Positions 9,620-19,832 of a DNA stretch of 57,561 nucleotides are shown here, one piece after another. Origin of the DNA: an uncultured Muribaculaceae bacterium (lineage in GTDB: Bacteria; Bacillota_I; Bacilli_A; RF39; UBA660); the NCBI GenBank assembly GCA_964407685.1, contig CAYOWI010000004.1, positions 1 to 57,561 on the forward strand, given 5' to 3'. The position numbers were made by a program, and so were the translations under genes. The stretch's first letter is position 1. Every line of letters begins with the position of its first letter. Below the pieces are notes generated by a model. That model was not told where the DNA came from and did no database searches. It was given only the letters and a program-made list of their open reading frames with translations.

Positions 9620-10138
9620 GTGGAAATTAAAAAGGTAGAAGTTGGCGATCTTAAGACTAATTGTTATGTTTTAGTAAAAGGTTTAGAAGCTTTAATCATT
9701 GATCCTGGAGCTGACAAAGAAAAAATAATTAATCTAGTTGGAAATAAAAAGGTTCTTGCAATTTTAATTACGCACTATCATTTTGATCATGTTGGCGTAC
9801 TAGATGAAATTAAAACGTTTTATAGTGCCCCTATAATAGATTATAGAAGTGATAAGACAGAAAAGATAGGTCCATTTATTTTTGAAATAATAGATACTAA
9901 AGGACATAAAAATGATGCTGTTTCATATTATTTTAAAAGCGATGAGGTTATGTTTGTTGGAGATTTTATTTTTAAAGGGACCATTGGAAGATGTGACTTG
10001 CCCGGTGGTAATTTAAATGAAATGAAACTTAGTTTAAATAAAATAAAAGAGTATAAAGGTAACATAACCTTATATCCTGGTCATGGAAGTAAAACTATTT
10101 TAAAAGATGAAATACTAAATAATGAACATTGGTGGTGA
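9620..10138 (+). CDS. MBL-fold metallo-hydrolase
   Basis: HxHxDH motif THYHFDHVG, plus a downstream TKGHKNDAVSYY and GHG. GTG start. Confidence 0.8.
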   Translation: MEIKKVEVGDLKTNCYVLVKGLEALIIDPGADKEKIINLVGNKKVLAILITHYHFDHVGVLDEIKTFYSAPIIDYRSDKTEKIGPFIFEIIDTKGHKNDAVSYYFKSDEVMFVGDFIFKGTIGRCDLPGGNLNEMKLSLNKIKEYKGNITLYPGHGSKTILKDEILNNEHWW

Positions 10139-10143
10139 TTAAT

Positions 10144-11091
10144 ATGAATAAAAAAGTTGTTATATTAGGCGGAGGAACAGGAACATCAACTTTGGTTAGG
10201 GGTTTAAAACAATTTCCCGTTGATATATCTGTTGTGGTATCGGTCTGTGATGATGGAAAATCTACCGGAAAGCTAAGAGAAGAATTTGATATCCCAGCGG
10301 TAGGAGACTTAAGAAAAGTAATAGCCTCATTATCTGATACGGAGCCACTTTTCGAAAGTTTATTAGAATATCGTTTTGAAACGACTAGTGATTTAAACGG
10401 GCACCCGATTGGTAATTTACTTCTTGCGGCGCTTTGTAACATTACTGGAAACATGTCCGATGGTATAGAGTCTTTATCCAAGGTATTAAATTTAAAGGGT
10501 AAAGTTTTACCGCTTACGGAGGATAACGTCGTTTTGATGGGAATTATGGAAGATGGAAGCATAATTGAAGGGGAACATAACATTACCAAAGTAGATAAAA
10601 AAATAAAGAACATATATTATAAGAAAGATCCGGTTATAAACAAGGAAGTAATAGATGACATAAAAAGTGCAGACATGATAATTCTTAGCATGGGAAGCCT
10701 ATATACTAGTATAGCTTGTAATTTAATATGTAAAGACGTTACAGATGCAATAGATAAATCAAATGGTAAGATTCTTTACGTTTGTAATATGTTTACCCAA
10801 CCGGGTGAAACGGATGATTTTTCAGTAAGCGATCATATTAAGGTGCTTAATGAGTATTTGGGAAAAAGGAAAATTGAAACGGTAGTAATAAATGGCGGGA
10901 AAATACCAAAAAAATTCATCGATAAATATCATCGTGAAGAGGAAAAAACGCCAGTTTTAATTGATAAAGAAAACCTAAATAAAATGAATATTAAAATTAT
11001 AAAGGATGATTTTGTAACAACTAAGTTTGATTCACTTAAACATGATGCAATAAAATTGTCGTTAAAAATATTTGAAGATTTAATAAATTAA
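10144..11091 (+). CDS. yvcK: YvcK/CofD-family gluconeogenesis factor (UPF0052)
   Basis: N-terminal VVILGGGTGTSTLVRGLK, and overall length typical of YvcK. ATG at 10144 follows GGTGGTGA. Confidence 0.8.
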   Translation: MNKKVVILGGGTGTSTLVRGLKQFPVDISVVVSVCDDGKSTGKLREEFDIPAVGDLRKVIASLSDTEPLFESLLEYRFETTSDLNGHPIGNLLLAALCNITGNMSDGIESLSKVLNLKGKVLPLTEDNVVLMGIMEDGSIIEGEHNITKVDKKIKNIYYKKDPVINKEVIDDIKSADMIILSMGSLYTSIACNLICKDVTDAIDKSNGKILYVCNMFTQPGETDDFSVSDHIKVLNEYLGKRKIETVVINGGKIPKKFIDKYHREEEKTPVLIDKENLNKMNIKIIKDDFVTTKFDSLKHDAIKLSLKIFEDLIN

Positions 11092-11112
11092 AGCACAATT
11101 AGTGCTTTTTTT
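11091..11112 (+). terminator. rho-independent terminator after yvcK
   Basis: AAGCAC/GTGCTT stem followed by a T-run. Confidence 0.6.
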
Positions 11113-11165
11113 GCTGTTTTGTAGTATTATAAATAAAAAGTTTATGGTTACTGGGGGATAAAAAT

Positions 11166-12275
11166 ATGTACGGGGTAAAGAAATATTTTGGATCGCTGGA
11201 TAATATGTTTTCAAAAAACATAGAGGAATTTATAAAATTAATACCAACCTGCAGTCAATTTAGTAAAGAAGACGTTAAGGTAATATATAAAGCTCTTTAC
11301 AAGGCAACTAGTTTACATGTTGGACAAAAAAGAAAAAATGGGGACCCATATATCACGCACCCAATTTCGGTTGCGAGCTTGCTTGCTAATCTGGGATTTG
11401 ATTTTGAGACGGTAGCGGCAGCACTTTTACATGATACGATTGAAGATACAAACTATACTTTAAGTGATTGCGAACGTGATTTTGGACCAGCAATAACAAA
11501 AATTGTAGATGGCGTAACAAAAATAGGAAATGATGTAAATACTGAGACACATGATAAAATATTAAAGGCTACTTTAGATGACCCAAGAATAATAGCTGTA
11601 AAAGCAGCGGATAGACTTCATAACATGTATACTTTAAGCGCGCTAAGTTCATCTAAGCAAATTGAGATATCAACGGAAACCAATGCTTTTTACGTTCCAA
11701 TAGCAAAAATTTTGGGTATATATAGACTTAAGGATGAACTGCAAGACTTATGTCTTTACTATTTGAATAAAGAAAGATTTGTTCATATATATGAACAAAG
11801 GAAGAATTTAAAATTAAAGTATAATGAAACGTTAGATGAATTAGGATGCAAAACCCAGGTTTTTCTTAGCGAAAAAGGAATTGCTATGAGTTATAAACAT
11901 AGAATTAAAAACGTTGGAGGAATTTATGAGGAACTTCAAAATAATAACAATGATGTTTTGTCAGATTTACTTGCGATAAAAATGGTTTTAGATGATAATA
12001 ATATGTGTTACGAGACTTTGGGTATTGTTCATAATATTTCTAAACCGATAGGTGGTGGGTTCATGGATTTTATTGGAGCACCTAAAAATAATGGTTATAG
12101 ATCATTAAATACAAACGTAATTTATAATGATGCAAACGTTCAAGTTAGAATAAGGACAAAACAGATGCAAAAAACTAATGATATGGGGATTTTTTCTGAT
12201 CTTAATTCAGATGTTAAAGTCAGGTTAAATAATGACATGAAAGAAGAATTAAATAAATTATCAAAGAGAAAGTAA
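11166..12275 (+). CDS. short RelA/SpoT homologue: HD hydrolase domain plus a degenerate synthetase domain, with no TGS/ACT C-terminal region
   Basis: HD motif block GDPYITHPISVA...AALLHDTIEDT. Synthetase-like block RIKNVGGIYEEL...APKNNGYRSLNTNVIY..VQVRIRTKQMQ. The ORF ends at 369 aa. Confidence 0.75.
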   Translation: MYGVKKYFGSLDNMFSKNIEEFIKLIPTCSQFSKEDVKVIYKALYKATSLHVGQKRKNGDPYITHPISVASLLANLGFDFETVAAALLHDTIEDTNYTLSDCERDFGPAITKIVDGVTKIGNDVNTETHDKILKATLDDPRIIAVKAADRLHNMYTLSALSSSKQIEISTETNAFYVPIAKILGIYRLKDELQDLCLYYLNKERFVHIYEQRKNLKLKYNETLDELGCKTQVFLSEKGIAMSYKHRIKNVGGIYEELQNNNNDVLSDLLAIKMVLDDNNMCYETLGIVHNISKPIGGGFMDFIGAPKNNGYRSLNTNVIYNDANVQVRIRTKQMQKTNDMGIFSDLNSDVKVRLNNDMKEELNKLSKRK

Positions 12276-12286
12276 GGCGATATAAT

Positions 12287-12937
12287 TTGAAAAAAGTAAA
12301 AAAAGAGTATTATTTTATTACGATACTTTTAGTATTATTTGTATTACTTACAATGTTAGTTGTAAATGGTAAGGCTGACGTATTTGATGAATCATTTTTT
12401 AATAACGTAATAAAAGTGAGAGGTAACGCTATAACTAAGTTTTTATATGTTATAACAAATTTAGCTTCTACAGCAGGAATATTTGCGTTGCTAGGTGTAA
12501 CTTCAGTAATATTTTTAAAACATAAGGCTTTTTCTGATTTTAAGTATGTAATAGCAAACGTATCAATTGGTGTTGTTTTAATGCAAGTATTAAAAAATAT
12601 TATTAAAAGGGTAAGACCTTCATGGAAGTGGATTGTTCAAGGTGGATTTAGTTATCCATCAGGACACACGATATCAGCTCTTTTACTATATGGAACACTT
12701 ATGTTGCTAGTTTATAAAAAGGTGCATGGTAGGGCAAGAAAACTACTTATTATAGGTTTTTCTTTAATGATTTTATTAACTGGGGTAAGTAGAATATATT
12801 TTGGAGCACATTACTTAACTGATGTTGTTGCAAGTTTAATACTAGGATCTATAATACTTATAATATCTAATATGTTTATGAATAAGGAGTTTAACAATGA
12901 TAAAAATAAAGATAGAAAAACCATTCAAACTAAATGA
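12287..12937 (+). CDS. PAP2-family phosphatase (undecaprenyl-diphosphatase-like membrane protein)
   Basis: PAP2 motifs KRVRPS, PSGHT and SRIYFGAHYLTD. TTG start. Confidence 0.8.
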   Translation: MKKVKKEYYFITILLVLFVLLTMLVVNGKADVFDESFFNNVIKVRGNAITKFLYVITNLASTAGIFALLGVTSVIFLKHKAFSDFKYVIANVSIGVVLMQVLKNIIKRVRPSWKWIVQGGFSYPSGHTISALLLYGTLMLLVYKKVHGRARKLLIIGFSLMILLTGVSRIYFGAHYLTDVVASLILGSIILIISNMFMNKEFNNDKNKDRKTIQTK

Positions 12938-13730
12938 TACGGTAACTTGTGGACAAATATTTAGATTTTTTCCTTTAGATGATGGTAGTTTTGATATTGT
13001 TATAAAGGATAGGGTAATTAACGTTCATATGGAAGATAATTATTTATGTGTATCATCAAATAAAGAGGAAAATCTAAAAGAAGTAGTTATGGATTATTTT
13101 GATTTAAATAATGACTATGATGTTATGAATGAGTTTTTAATTAAGACTGATGAAAAAATAAAACCTGCTGTAGAATTTTCTAAAGGTCTTATGATGATAA
13201 AACAAGACCCATTTGAAACGGTTATGTCTTATATCATTTCTGCTAATAACGGGGTGACTCAAATAGCAAGTGCACTTAATAACATTGCTAAAAATTATGG
13301 AAAAAAAGTTATCTTTAATAATAAGGAATACTTTCTTTTTCCACAGTATAAAGACTTAAAAGATGTAAGTTGCGAAGACTATAGAAATTGTAAAGTGGGA
13401 TTTAGAGATAAATATTTAAAGTCAATGGTAGATAAACTTAATAATAACGAAATAGATTTAGATGAATTTTATAGTATTGATACTAAAGAAGCACTAGATG
13501 AGTTTATGAAAAACGTAGGTATTGGCCCTAAGGTGGCATCTTGTATACTTTTATTTGCATATCAAAAATATGATGTTTTTCCAATTGATACTTGGGTTAA
13601 AAAAGTTATGAAAAATGACTATGGAATTGAAGGGGAAAAGAATATAAGAGATTTTGCCACCAAAACATATGGTAAATATAGCGGTATAGCAATACAACAT
13701 TTATTTAATTATGGAAGAAATAGCAAATAG
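12897..13730 (+). CDS. ogg: HhH-GPD DNA glycosylase, 8-oxoguanine glycosylase (Ogg)-like
   Basis: N-terminal CGQIFRF (OGG_N-like). HhH-GPD block VGIGPKVASCILLFAYQKYDVFPIDTWVKK with the catalytic Lys and Asp positions. Confidence 0.7.
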   Translation: MIKIKIEKPFKLNDTVTCGQIFRFFPLDDGSFDIVIKDRVINVHMEDNYLCVSSNKEENLKEVVMDYFDLNNDYDVMNEFLIKTDEKIKPAVEFSKGLMMIKQDPFETVMSYIISANNGVTQIASALNNIAKNYGKKVIFNNKEYFLFPQYKDLKDVSCEDYRNCKVGFRDKYLKSMVDKLNNNEIDLDEFYSIDTKEALDEFMKNVGIGPKVASCILLFAYQKYDVFPIDTWVKKVMKNDYGIEGEKNIRDFATKTYGKYSGIAIQHLFNYGRNSK

Positions 13731-13942
13731 GCTTATCAATTGAAATAATGTTAATAAGATAAAATTTTAAATGGATTAGATAGATTAAAGGAAAATGATT
13801 GATTTTATTTCCTTTTTTGTGTATGTAATGATAAAATAAAAAAATTCAATTATAATTTTTCAATTGATGTTAGATAAAGAAATAAGTAACCAGTAAAATG
13901 AATAATTAACTTTGTTGTTTAATATGTTAAAATTAATATGAG

Positions 13943-14401
13943 GTGATTGAATTGAAGAAGATGAATGTAATAGTGATTTTTAATAAAGATATGAGTAAAA
14001 TTTTAATGTGTAAAAGAGCAAAAGAACCATATAAAGGAATGTATAATTTAATTGGTGGAAAAATAGAAAGGCCTAAAGATGGTTTAAATGAAGCTTATAG
14101 AGAACTGGAAGAAGAAACTAATATTTGCAAGAATGATGTAGAATTAAATTATTTCATGAATATTGCTTATATTAAATGGGATAAAGAATTAGAGGTATAT
14201 TATGGTATCTTGAATAAGGATGTTGAATTAATTGAAGAAGTTAATAAATTGGAATGGATACCAATAGACGATAATTATTTTAATATGGAAAAATATGCTG
14301 GTGAGGGTAATATTGGTCATATCATTGAAGAGATTAAAATAGATTTGAATAAACCAATGGAAGATGAAGTGATTAATGAAAAGTTAATGTCTAATTTTTA
14401 G
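13943..14401 (+). CDS. NUDIX hydrolase
   Basis: Nudix box GGKIERPKDGLNEAYRELEEETNI. The start is ambiguous: GTG 13943, TTG 13952 or ATG 13961. Confidence 0.75.
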   Translation: MIELKKMNVIVIFNKDMSKILMCKRAKEPYKGMYNLIGGKIERPKDGLNEAYRELEEETNICKNDVELNYFMNIAYIKWDKELEVYYGILNKDVELIEEVNKLEWIPIDDNYFNMEKYAGEGNIGHIIEEIKIDLNKPMEDEVINEKLMSNF

Positions 14402-14464
14402 TGCAAAAATTTACATCTTAAAATTTACGTGCTATAATTAGTTTATGATAGCGGGGTGCATTAC

Positions 14465-16666
14465 ATGGCAAAAAAGAAGACATCATCTTCTAGTAAGAAA
14501 AAAGGAAAAATCCCAGTTGAAATATTTGGGATTTTATATATAGTCTTAACGATTTTAGGTTTACTTAGATCTGGGTTTGTTGGACGGATGGTTAGTAACT
14601 TTGGAATCTTTTTATTTGGTGCGTATTATAATTGGGGATTGGTTTTCTTTTTAATAGTTGGAGGTTATGTATTATTATTTAGGGAAAAACCAAAGCTATT
14701 TACAAAAAAATTAATAGGATTTTATTTGTTCTCGATTGCAATCCTTTCAATGTCTCACGTTAAGTATATAATGTGTGATACTAACGTTGGTAAAGTTGTT
14801 TTTGAAGATACGATTGCTAATATAGTATCAGGTTTTAATGATGTTAATTTTATAGAGGGCGGCGGAATTTTAGGAGCTATATTTTCCTATTTATTTGTAT
14901 TAGCTTTTGACGTGCTAGGTTCTAAAATAATCTGCTTTGTTCTTATATTATTTGGTTCAATGTTAATATTTAATATCTCTTTTTCTACCGCGTTAAAAAA
15001 AATTATATTGTTTTTTACTCCGAAAAAATGGCTTAATAAAAATAAGGAAGATGAAAAAGGTATAAAAGAAATTGATGATGAAGAAAATAAAGAAGATGAA
15101 ATCATAAAGGATAAACGTGTTGTTATATCTAGTGTTAATGATTTGAATCATGTTAGTTTAGAAGAAATGGAAGAACAAGAAGAGCCTATTATTAATGGAG
15201 AGTATAAATTACCACCACTTTCATTATTAAGTGTTCCAAAAAAAGTAAACACAAAAGCTAATGAAGAAAACATATCTTCTAACATTAAATTGTTAGAACA
15301 AGTGTTAAGTGATTTTGATATATATGGAAAAGTAGTAGCAGCTCACGTAGGTCCTACTGTAACGCAGTATGAACTTGAGATTAAATCTGGTACAAAGGTA
15401 AGTAAAATACTTAGTTTAAGTAAGGAAATAGCTCTTGCTTTAGCTGCAAAAGACGTAAGGATACAAGCTCCTATTCCTGGTAAAAGTACAATTGGTATAG
15501 ATATTCCGAACAAAATAACAACCCCTGTTTCCTTAAGAGAGGTGTTGGCCGCCGTTCCAAAAGAAAAGGAAGATAGTAAGTTACTTGCGATACTTGGAAA
15601 GGACATAATGGGCAATCCCAGGTGGATGGAAGTTAATAAAACACCACACCTTCTTATTGCGGGAGCTACTGGTTCTGGTAAGTCTGTTTGTGTAAACTCA
15701 GTTATTACAAGCATTTTAATGCGCGCAAAGCCAGATGAGGTAAAGCTTGTAATGGTAGACCCTAAAAAAGTTGAACTTTCTATGTATAATGGTGTACCAC
15801 ATCTTTTGGCACCAGTTGTAAACGATCCAAAAAAAGCTTCGATTGTTTTAAAAAAGATAGTTGAGGAAATGGAACATAGGTATGATTTATTAAGTGAGAC
15901 AGGAACTAAAAATATAGAGGGTTATAATCGTAAGATGCAAAGTAAGATAGATGCGGGGGATTTATCTGCTAAAAAGTTGCCATATATTGTGGTATTAATA
16001 GATGAACTTGCAGATTTAATGTTAGTTGCGGCAAAAGAAGTAGAGGACTCAATCATGAGAATAACACAAATGGCAAGAGCGGCTGGTATCCATTTAATTG
16101 TTGCAACACAAAGACCATCAACTGATGTTATAACCGGCGTTGTAAAAGCAAATATTCCATCTAGAATTGCTTTTACGGTATCATCGTCAATTGATTCAAG
16201 AACCATCCTTGATATGACTGGAGCGGAAAAACTAATCGGTAAAGGAGATATGCTATTCTTGCCAATGGGAGAAGGTACTCCAACTAGAATACAAGGTTCT
16301 TTTGTATCAGAAGAGGAAGTTCAAAAAGTTGTTGATTATACGATAAAGCAGCAAAAGGCTAAGTATGATGAAACGTTTACTAATCTTACTTCGGCTCCAA
16401 ATGGTTCCTCATCTGCTTCTTATGATGAAAAAGACGATCAGTATGATGATCCTTTGTATAATGAAATAGTAGACTTTGTAATAAAAAGTGGTAAAACAAG
16501 TGCATCACTTTTACAAAGAAAATATAGACTTGGATATAATAGAGCTGCTAGAATGATAGATTTACTTGAAGAAAGAGGAATAGTTGGACCTCCAAATGGT
16601 TCTAAGCCAAGAGAGGTTTTAGTAAAATATGAAGATAATACAAATGAAGAAGAACAGCAAGATTAG
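14465..16666 (+). CDS. ftsK: DNA translocase FtsK/SpoIIIE
   Basis: N-terminal TM helices. Walker A LIAGATGSGKS, Walker B YIVVLIDELADL, and a C-terminal gamma (winged-helix) domain ASLLQRKYRLGYNRAARMIDLLEERGIVG. Confidence 0.9.
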   Translation: MAKKKTSSSSKKKGKIPVEIFGILYIVLTILGLLRSGFVGRMVSNFGIFLFGAYYNWGLVFFLIVGGYVLLFREKPKLFTKKLIGFYLFSIAILSMSHVKYIMCDTNVGKVVFEDTIANIVSGFNDVNFIEGGGILGAIFSYLFVLAFDVLGSKIICFVLILFGSMLIFNISFSTALKKIILFFTPKKWLNKNKEDEKGIKEIDDEENKEDEIIKDKRVVISSVNDLNHVSLEEMEEQEEPIINGEYKLPPLSLLSVPKKVNTKANEENISSNIKLLEQVLSDFDIYGKVVAAHVGPTVTQYELEIKSGTKVSKILSLSKEIALALAAKDVRIQAPIPGKSTIGIDIPNKITTPVSLREVLAAVPKEKEDSKLLAILGKDIMGNPRWMEVNKTPHLLIAGATGSGKSVCVNSVITSILMRAKPDEVKLVMVDPKKVELSMYNGVPHLLAPVVNDPKKASIVLKKIVEEMEHRYDLLSETGTKNIEGYNRKMQSKIDAGDLSAKKLPYIVVLIDELADLMLVAAKEVEDSIMRITQMARAAGIHLIVATQRPSTDVITGVVKANIPSRIAFTVSSSIDSRTILDMTGAEKLIGKGDMLFLPMGEGTPTRIQGSFVSEEEVQKVVDYTIKQQKAKYDETFTNLTSAPNGSSSASYDEKDDQYDDPLYNEIVDFVIKSGKTSASLLQRKYRLGYNRAARMIDLLEERGIVGPPNGSKPREVLVKYEDNTNEEEQQD

Positions 16667-17712
16667 CTGTTCTTTTTAAATTTATCTAAATGTTTTACTA
16701 ATGTATTACCACTTAAATCAACGTCACATTCTTCTAGTAAAGCAAGTTCTTTTTTATAATCAAAATCTAATAACAAGTGTTTTAAATTTTTTAATGCTAA
16801 TTTTGGTTCCTCTAAGTACTGATAGTAAAAATTTATTGCCATTATATAAGAGTAGTAGTAAACCGAGTCTGAAATAGTATTGTTTTTAAAATGTAATCTT
16901 ATTCTGTCAATAAAAGTTGGATTAGGATCATTAATTATTGATTTGAAAATAAAGTAATCAGATATAGTTCCTGTATTTAAAGTCATCATATAATCTTGCA
17001 TTTCTAAAAATAACTCATCGTTTATTATCTCATGATATTTTAAAATGTCTAGTGCAATATGTTCAAATAGTAAGCTTGAAATTTCACTGTATAAAAAGTT
17101 TCTTTTATTAATATCCATAATAAAATCATTGTTAAAGCAATATTCAAAATAATGCCCTAATTCATGATTTAGATTGCAAAAAGAATCTATGTTGTTTTTG
17201 CCGCTAGATAGTATGTAAGCGATATCACCATAAGGGAAAAAATGATTTCCCTTATTATATTTACACATGTGTAAATAATGATTTTTTGGATTCATCATTT
17301 TGTCTAAATCTTCTTGTTTTCCTTCTAATTTTAAGAAAAGTTCTTTAGAAAAATTTATTTTTAGATCTTCTGGTAAGTAAGTTTCGAGATTTTTTTTATT
17401 AAAATTATTAAAATCTCTATTTAAAAATTCCTCATAAGTAGTTGTAATAAAATCGTCTTGAAAAGGTGTTACATATAACTCAAATTCTTCTTTTGCATTA
17501 TTGATATTAAAACTTTTATCATAATAATTAAAATTAAATCTTGTAAAAATTAAATTTATATTACTATAATTTTTAAACATATCTTTTAGAACCATAAGCT
17601 TTGTTTCTAAAATTGTACGTTCTTTTTCTGTAATATTACTTCTTTTTAAATCTTTTAAAATAGAATTATATTCATTTATGAGTCCCTGTTTATTCCATTT
17701 ATATCTTTGCAT
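16663..17712 (-). CDS. putative HExxH zinc metallopeptidase (M3-like)
   Basis: NHELGHYFEY, plus a downstream Glu in EISSLLFEH. The stop overlaps the ftsK stop by 4 nt (convergent), with no terminator between. Confidence 0.45.
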   Translation of the reverse strand: MQRYKWNKQGLINEYNSILKDLKRSNITEKERTILETKLMVLKDMFKNYSNINLIFTRFNFNYYDKSFNINNAKEEFELYVTPFQDDFITTTYEEFLNRDFNNFNKKNLETYLPEDLKINFSKELFLKLEGKQEDLDKMMNPKNHYLHMCKYNKGNHFFPYGDIAYILSSGKNNIDSFCNLNHELGHYFEYCFNNDFIMDINKRNFLYSEISSLLFEHIALDILKYHEIINDELFLEMQDYMMTLNTGTISDYFIFKSIINDPNPTFIDRIRLHFKNNTISDSVYYYSYIMAINFYYQYLEEPKLALKNLKHLLLDFDYKKELALLEECDVDLSGNTLVKHLDKFKKNS

Positions 17713-17842
17713 AAATTATCACACCTTTTTTTCTTAAGGTTATTTATTTTAACATATTTTAAAAAATTATCAACATAATTTGAGGGTTTTGTAATCTTAC
17801 GTGGTATAATAAAAATGAAGGTGATAAAAGGAGGTATCATAA

Positions 17843-18553
17843 ATGCCAACACCACATAACGAAGCTTTAAAAGAAGATATTTCTAAAACGGTTATCATGC
17901 CAGGAGACCCTTTAAGAGCAAAATACATAGCAGAAAAATATTTAGATGATTATAAATTAGTTAATAGTGTAAGGGGAATGTACGCTTATACGGGTTATTA
18001 TAAAGGCAAAAGATTAACCGTTATGGCTCATGGTATGGGTAATCCATCCATTGGTATATACTCATATGAATTATTTAAAGAATATGGCGTTGAAGAAATA
18101 ATAAGAATAGGTAGTGCGGGAGCTACTACAACAAAAATACCTTTAAGGAGTGTTATTTTGGCTGAAAAGTCGTATTCAAAATCTAATTTTGCTAAAATTC
18201 AAAATAATGAAGAGAAAGTAGTTTTAAATAGTAATAATGAGTTGAACAACAAGATAAAAGAAGCTTCAGGAAAGTTTAACATTAAACTTCTTAAATCAGT
18301 AGTTTATTGCTCTGATGTGTATTATAACGAAACAGAAGATCCAAAAGCTTTATATGAAGATTATGGTTGCACATGCGTTGAAATGGAATCTTTTGCTCTT
18401 TTTCATAATGCTAACGTTCTTAACAAAAAGGCAGCTTGTATTTTAACCATATCTAATAATTTAATTACGGGTGAAGAATTACCTAGCATTGATAGACAAA
18501 ATAGTTTTGATGAAATGATTAAACTCGCGCTAGAATCAGCTTTGATAAAATAG
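17843..18553 (+). CDS. deoD: purine nucleoside phosphorylase, DeoD type
   Basis: MPTPHNEA...VIMPGDPLRAKYIAE...GMGNPSIGIYSYEL...VEMESFALF. Confidence 0.85.
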   Translation: MPTPHNEALKEDISKTVIMPGDPLRAKYIAEKYLDDYKLVNSVRGMYAYTGYYKGKRLTVMAHGMGNPSIGIYSYELFKEYGVEEIIRIGSAGATTTKIPLRSVILAEKSYSKSNFAKIQNNEEKVVLNSNNELNNKIKEASGKFNIKLLKSVVYCSDVYYNETEDPKALYEDYGCTCVEMESFALFHNANVLNKKAACILTISNNLITGEELPSIDRQNSFDEMIKLALESALIK

Positions 18554-18578
18554 GCATATTAAAAACGGAGGACTAAAA

Positions 18579-19832
18579 ATGGAAATAATAAAGAAAATAG
18601 TAAATAATGTTCCTGTAACTATTTTAAAAACAAAAAAGTTTAAATCTGTTGCGGGAAAACTTTATTTTAAAAGTTTGGTTAAGAAAGAAAAAATGACGTA
18701 CCGAGACGTTTTAAGAAGTATTTTATTAGAGTCGTGTAAGAAGTATAATACACCTGAAAAACTATATATTAAAGCATTAGAAAATTATGATGCGTATTAT
18801 AGCGCTTCGTCATCAAGGTATGGTAATTATCAAATTAGTTCTTTTACTTTTGCTTCTTTAATTGATAAATATACCAAAAATGGAAATTTAAATGAAGTCG
18901 TTGATACTTTTTGTGAAATTATTTTTAACCCATTATTAGAAAATAATAAATTTGATAAAGAAACCTTTGATTTGATTGTAAATACAAAAAAAGCATATCT
19001 TGAAAGAATAAAAGAGTCTTCTGATATATATGCTGAACGTATGACTTATAAAAACTTAAATCAAAATAAGCCATATACGTTTATGAGTGAGATAGAGTAT
19101 TTAGATGAAATGACACCAGAGAGTTTATATAAAGATTATCTTTCTATGATAGATGAAAGTGAAGTAGAGTTAATACTTTCTGGTGACATAGACTTTGATA
19201 ATTCTATAATAGAAAAGATAACTAGCAATATAAAAAATAATAAAACTTTTGGTGATAAACTTATAATATCAAATGATGATGAAAAAGATGACCTTATAAA
19301 AATTAAAGATAAGGCAAGCGGTACGCAAAATATATTAAATATCATAATGTATTTAAAAAATGTAAGCGATTATGAGCTTAATTACGTGGCACCATTATAT
19401 AAAATTATTTTAGGTGGTGGTAGTTTTTCGAGACTTTTTAACATTATAAGAGAACAAAATTCACTGGCTTATTATTCTTTTGCAAGGTATGAAAAGGACG
19501 ACGGCATAATGAATGTTATTATGGGAATAGAAAGGGAAAATTATGATAAAGCTTTTAACCTTTCTTGCAAGGTAATTAGTGGTATGAAAAAAGTAGATGA
19601 AAAAGAATTAGAGGAAGCCAAAAAAACTCTTATATCAGCCCTTTTAGAATCCCAAGAAAATATTGCTAATATTATTGGAAGATATCATAACGCGAAGTTA
19701 TTTAATTTACCAGACATAGATTTATTTATAAAAAAGATTAAAGCTGTAAAATTAAAGGAAATAGAAGGCTTTGCAAGTAAGTTAAAACCTAACTTAAGTT
19801 ACTTTTTGGAAGGAGAAAAAACTAATGGATAA
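18579..19832 (+). CDS. M16-family peptidase-like protein, non-catalytic type (no HxxEH)
   Basis: Length and position match the first gene of a YmfF/YmfH-like pair. No HxxEH motif is seen. Confidence 0.6.
   Translation: MEIIKKIVNNVPVTILKTKKFKSVAGKLYFKSLVKKEKMTYRDVLRSILLESCKKYNTPEKLYIKALENYDAYYSASSSRYGNYQISSFTFASLIDKYTKNGNLNEVVDTFCEIIFNPLLENNKFDKETFDLIVNTKKAYLERIKESSDIYAERMTYKNLNQNKPYTFMSEIEYLDEMTPESLYKDYLSMIDESEVELILSGDIDFDNSIIEKITSNIKNNKTFGDKLIISNDDEKDDLIKIKDKASGTQNILNIIMYLKNVSDYELNYVAPLYKIILGGGSFSRLFNIIREQNSLAYYSFARYEKDDGIMNVIMGIERENYDKAFNLSCKVISGMKKVDEKELEEAKKTLISALLESQENIANIIGRYHNAKLFNLPDIDLFIKKIKAVKLKEIEGFASKLKPNLSYFLEGEKTNG

Noticed and set aside
10095-10613. 172-aa minus-strand ORF antisense to yvcK. 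This stands in for the many antisense track ORFs, for example 2709..3026, 3403..3729, 4070..4351, 14887..15105, 15343..15714, 15922..16206, 19136..19345, 20795..20977, 22616..23002, 23057..23254, 36626..36856, 37561..37785, 39651..40049, 46128..46415, 47159..47347, 49500..49793, 50835..51125, 51576..51925 and 55297..55524.
   Set aside because: Each lies entirely inside a longer, motif-supported gene on the opposite strand. They have Ser/Leu/Phe-rich low-complexity translations typical of shadow ORFs in AT-rich DNA, and they lack RBSs.
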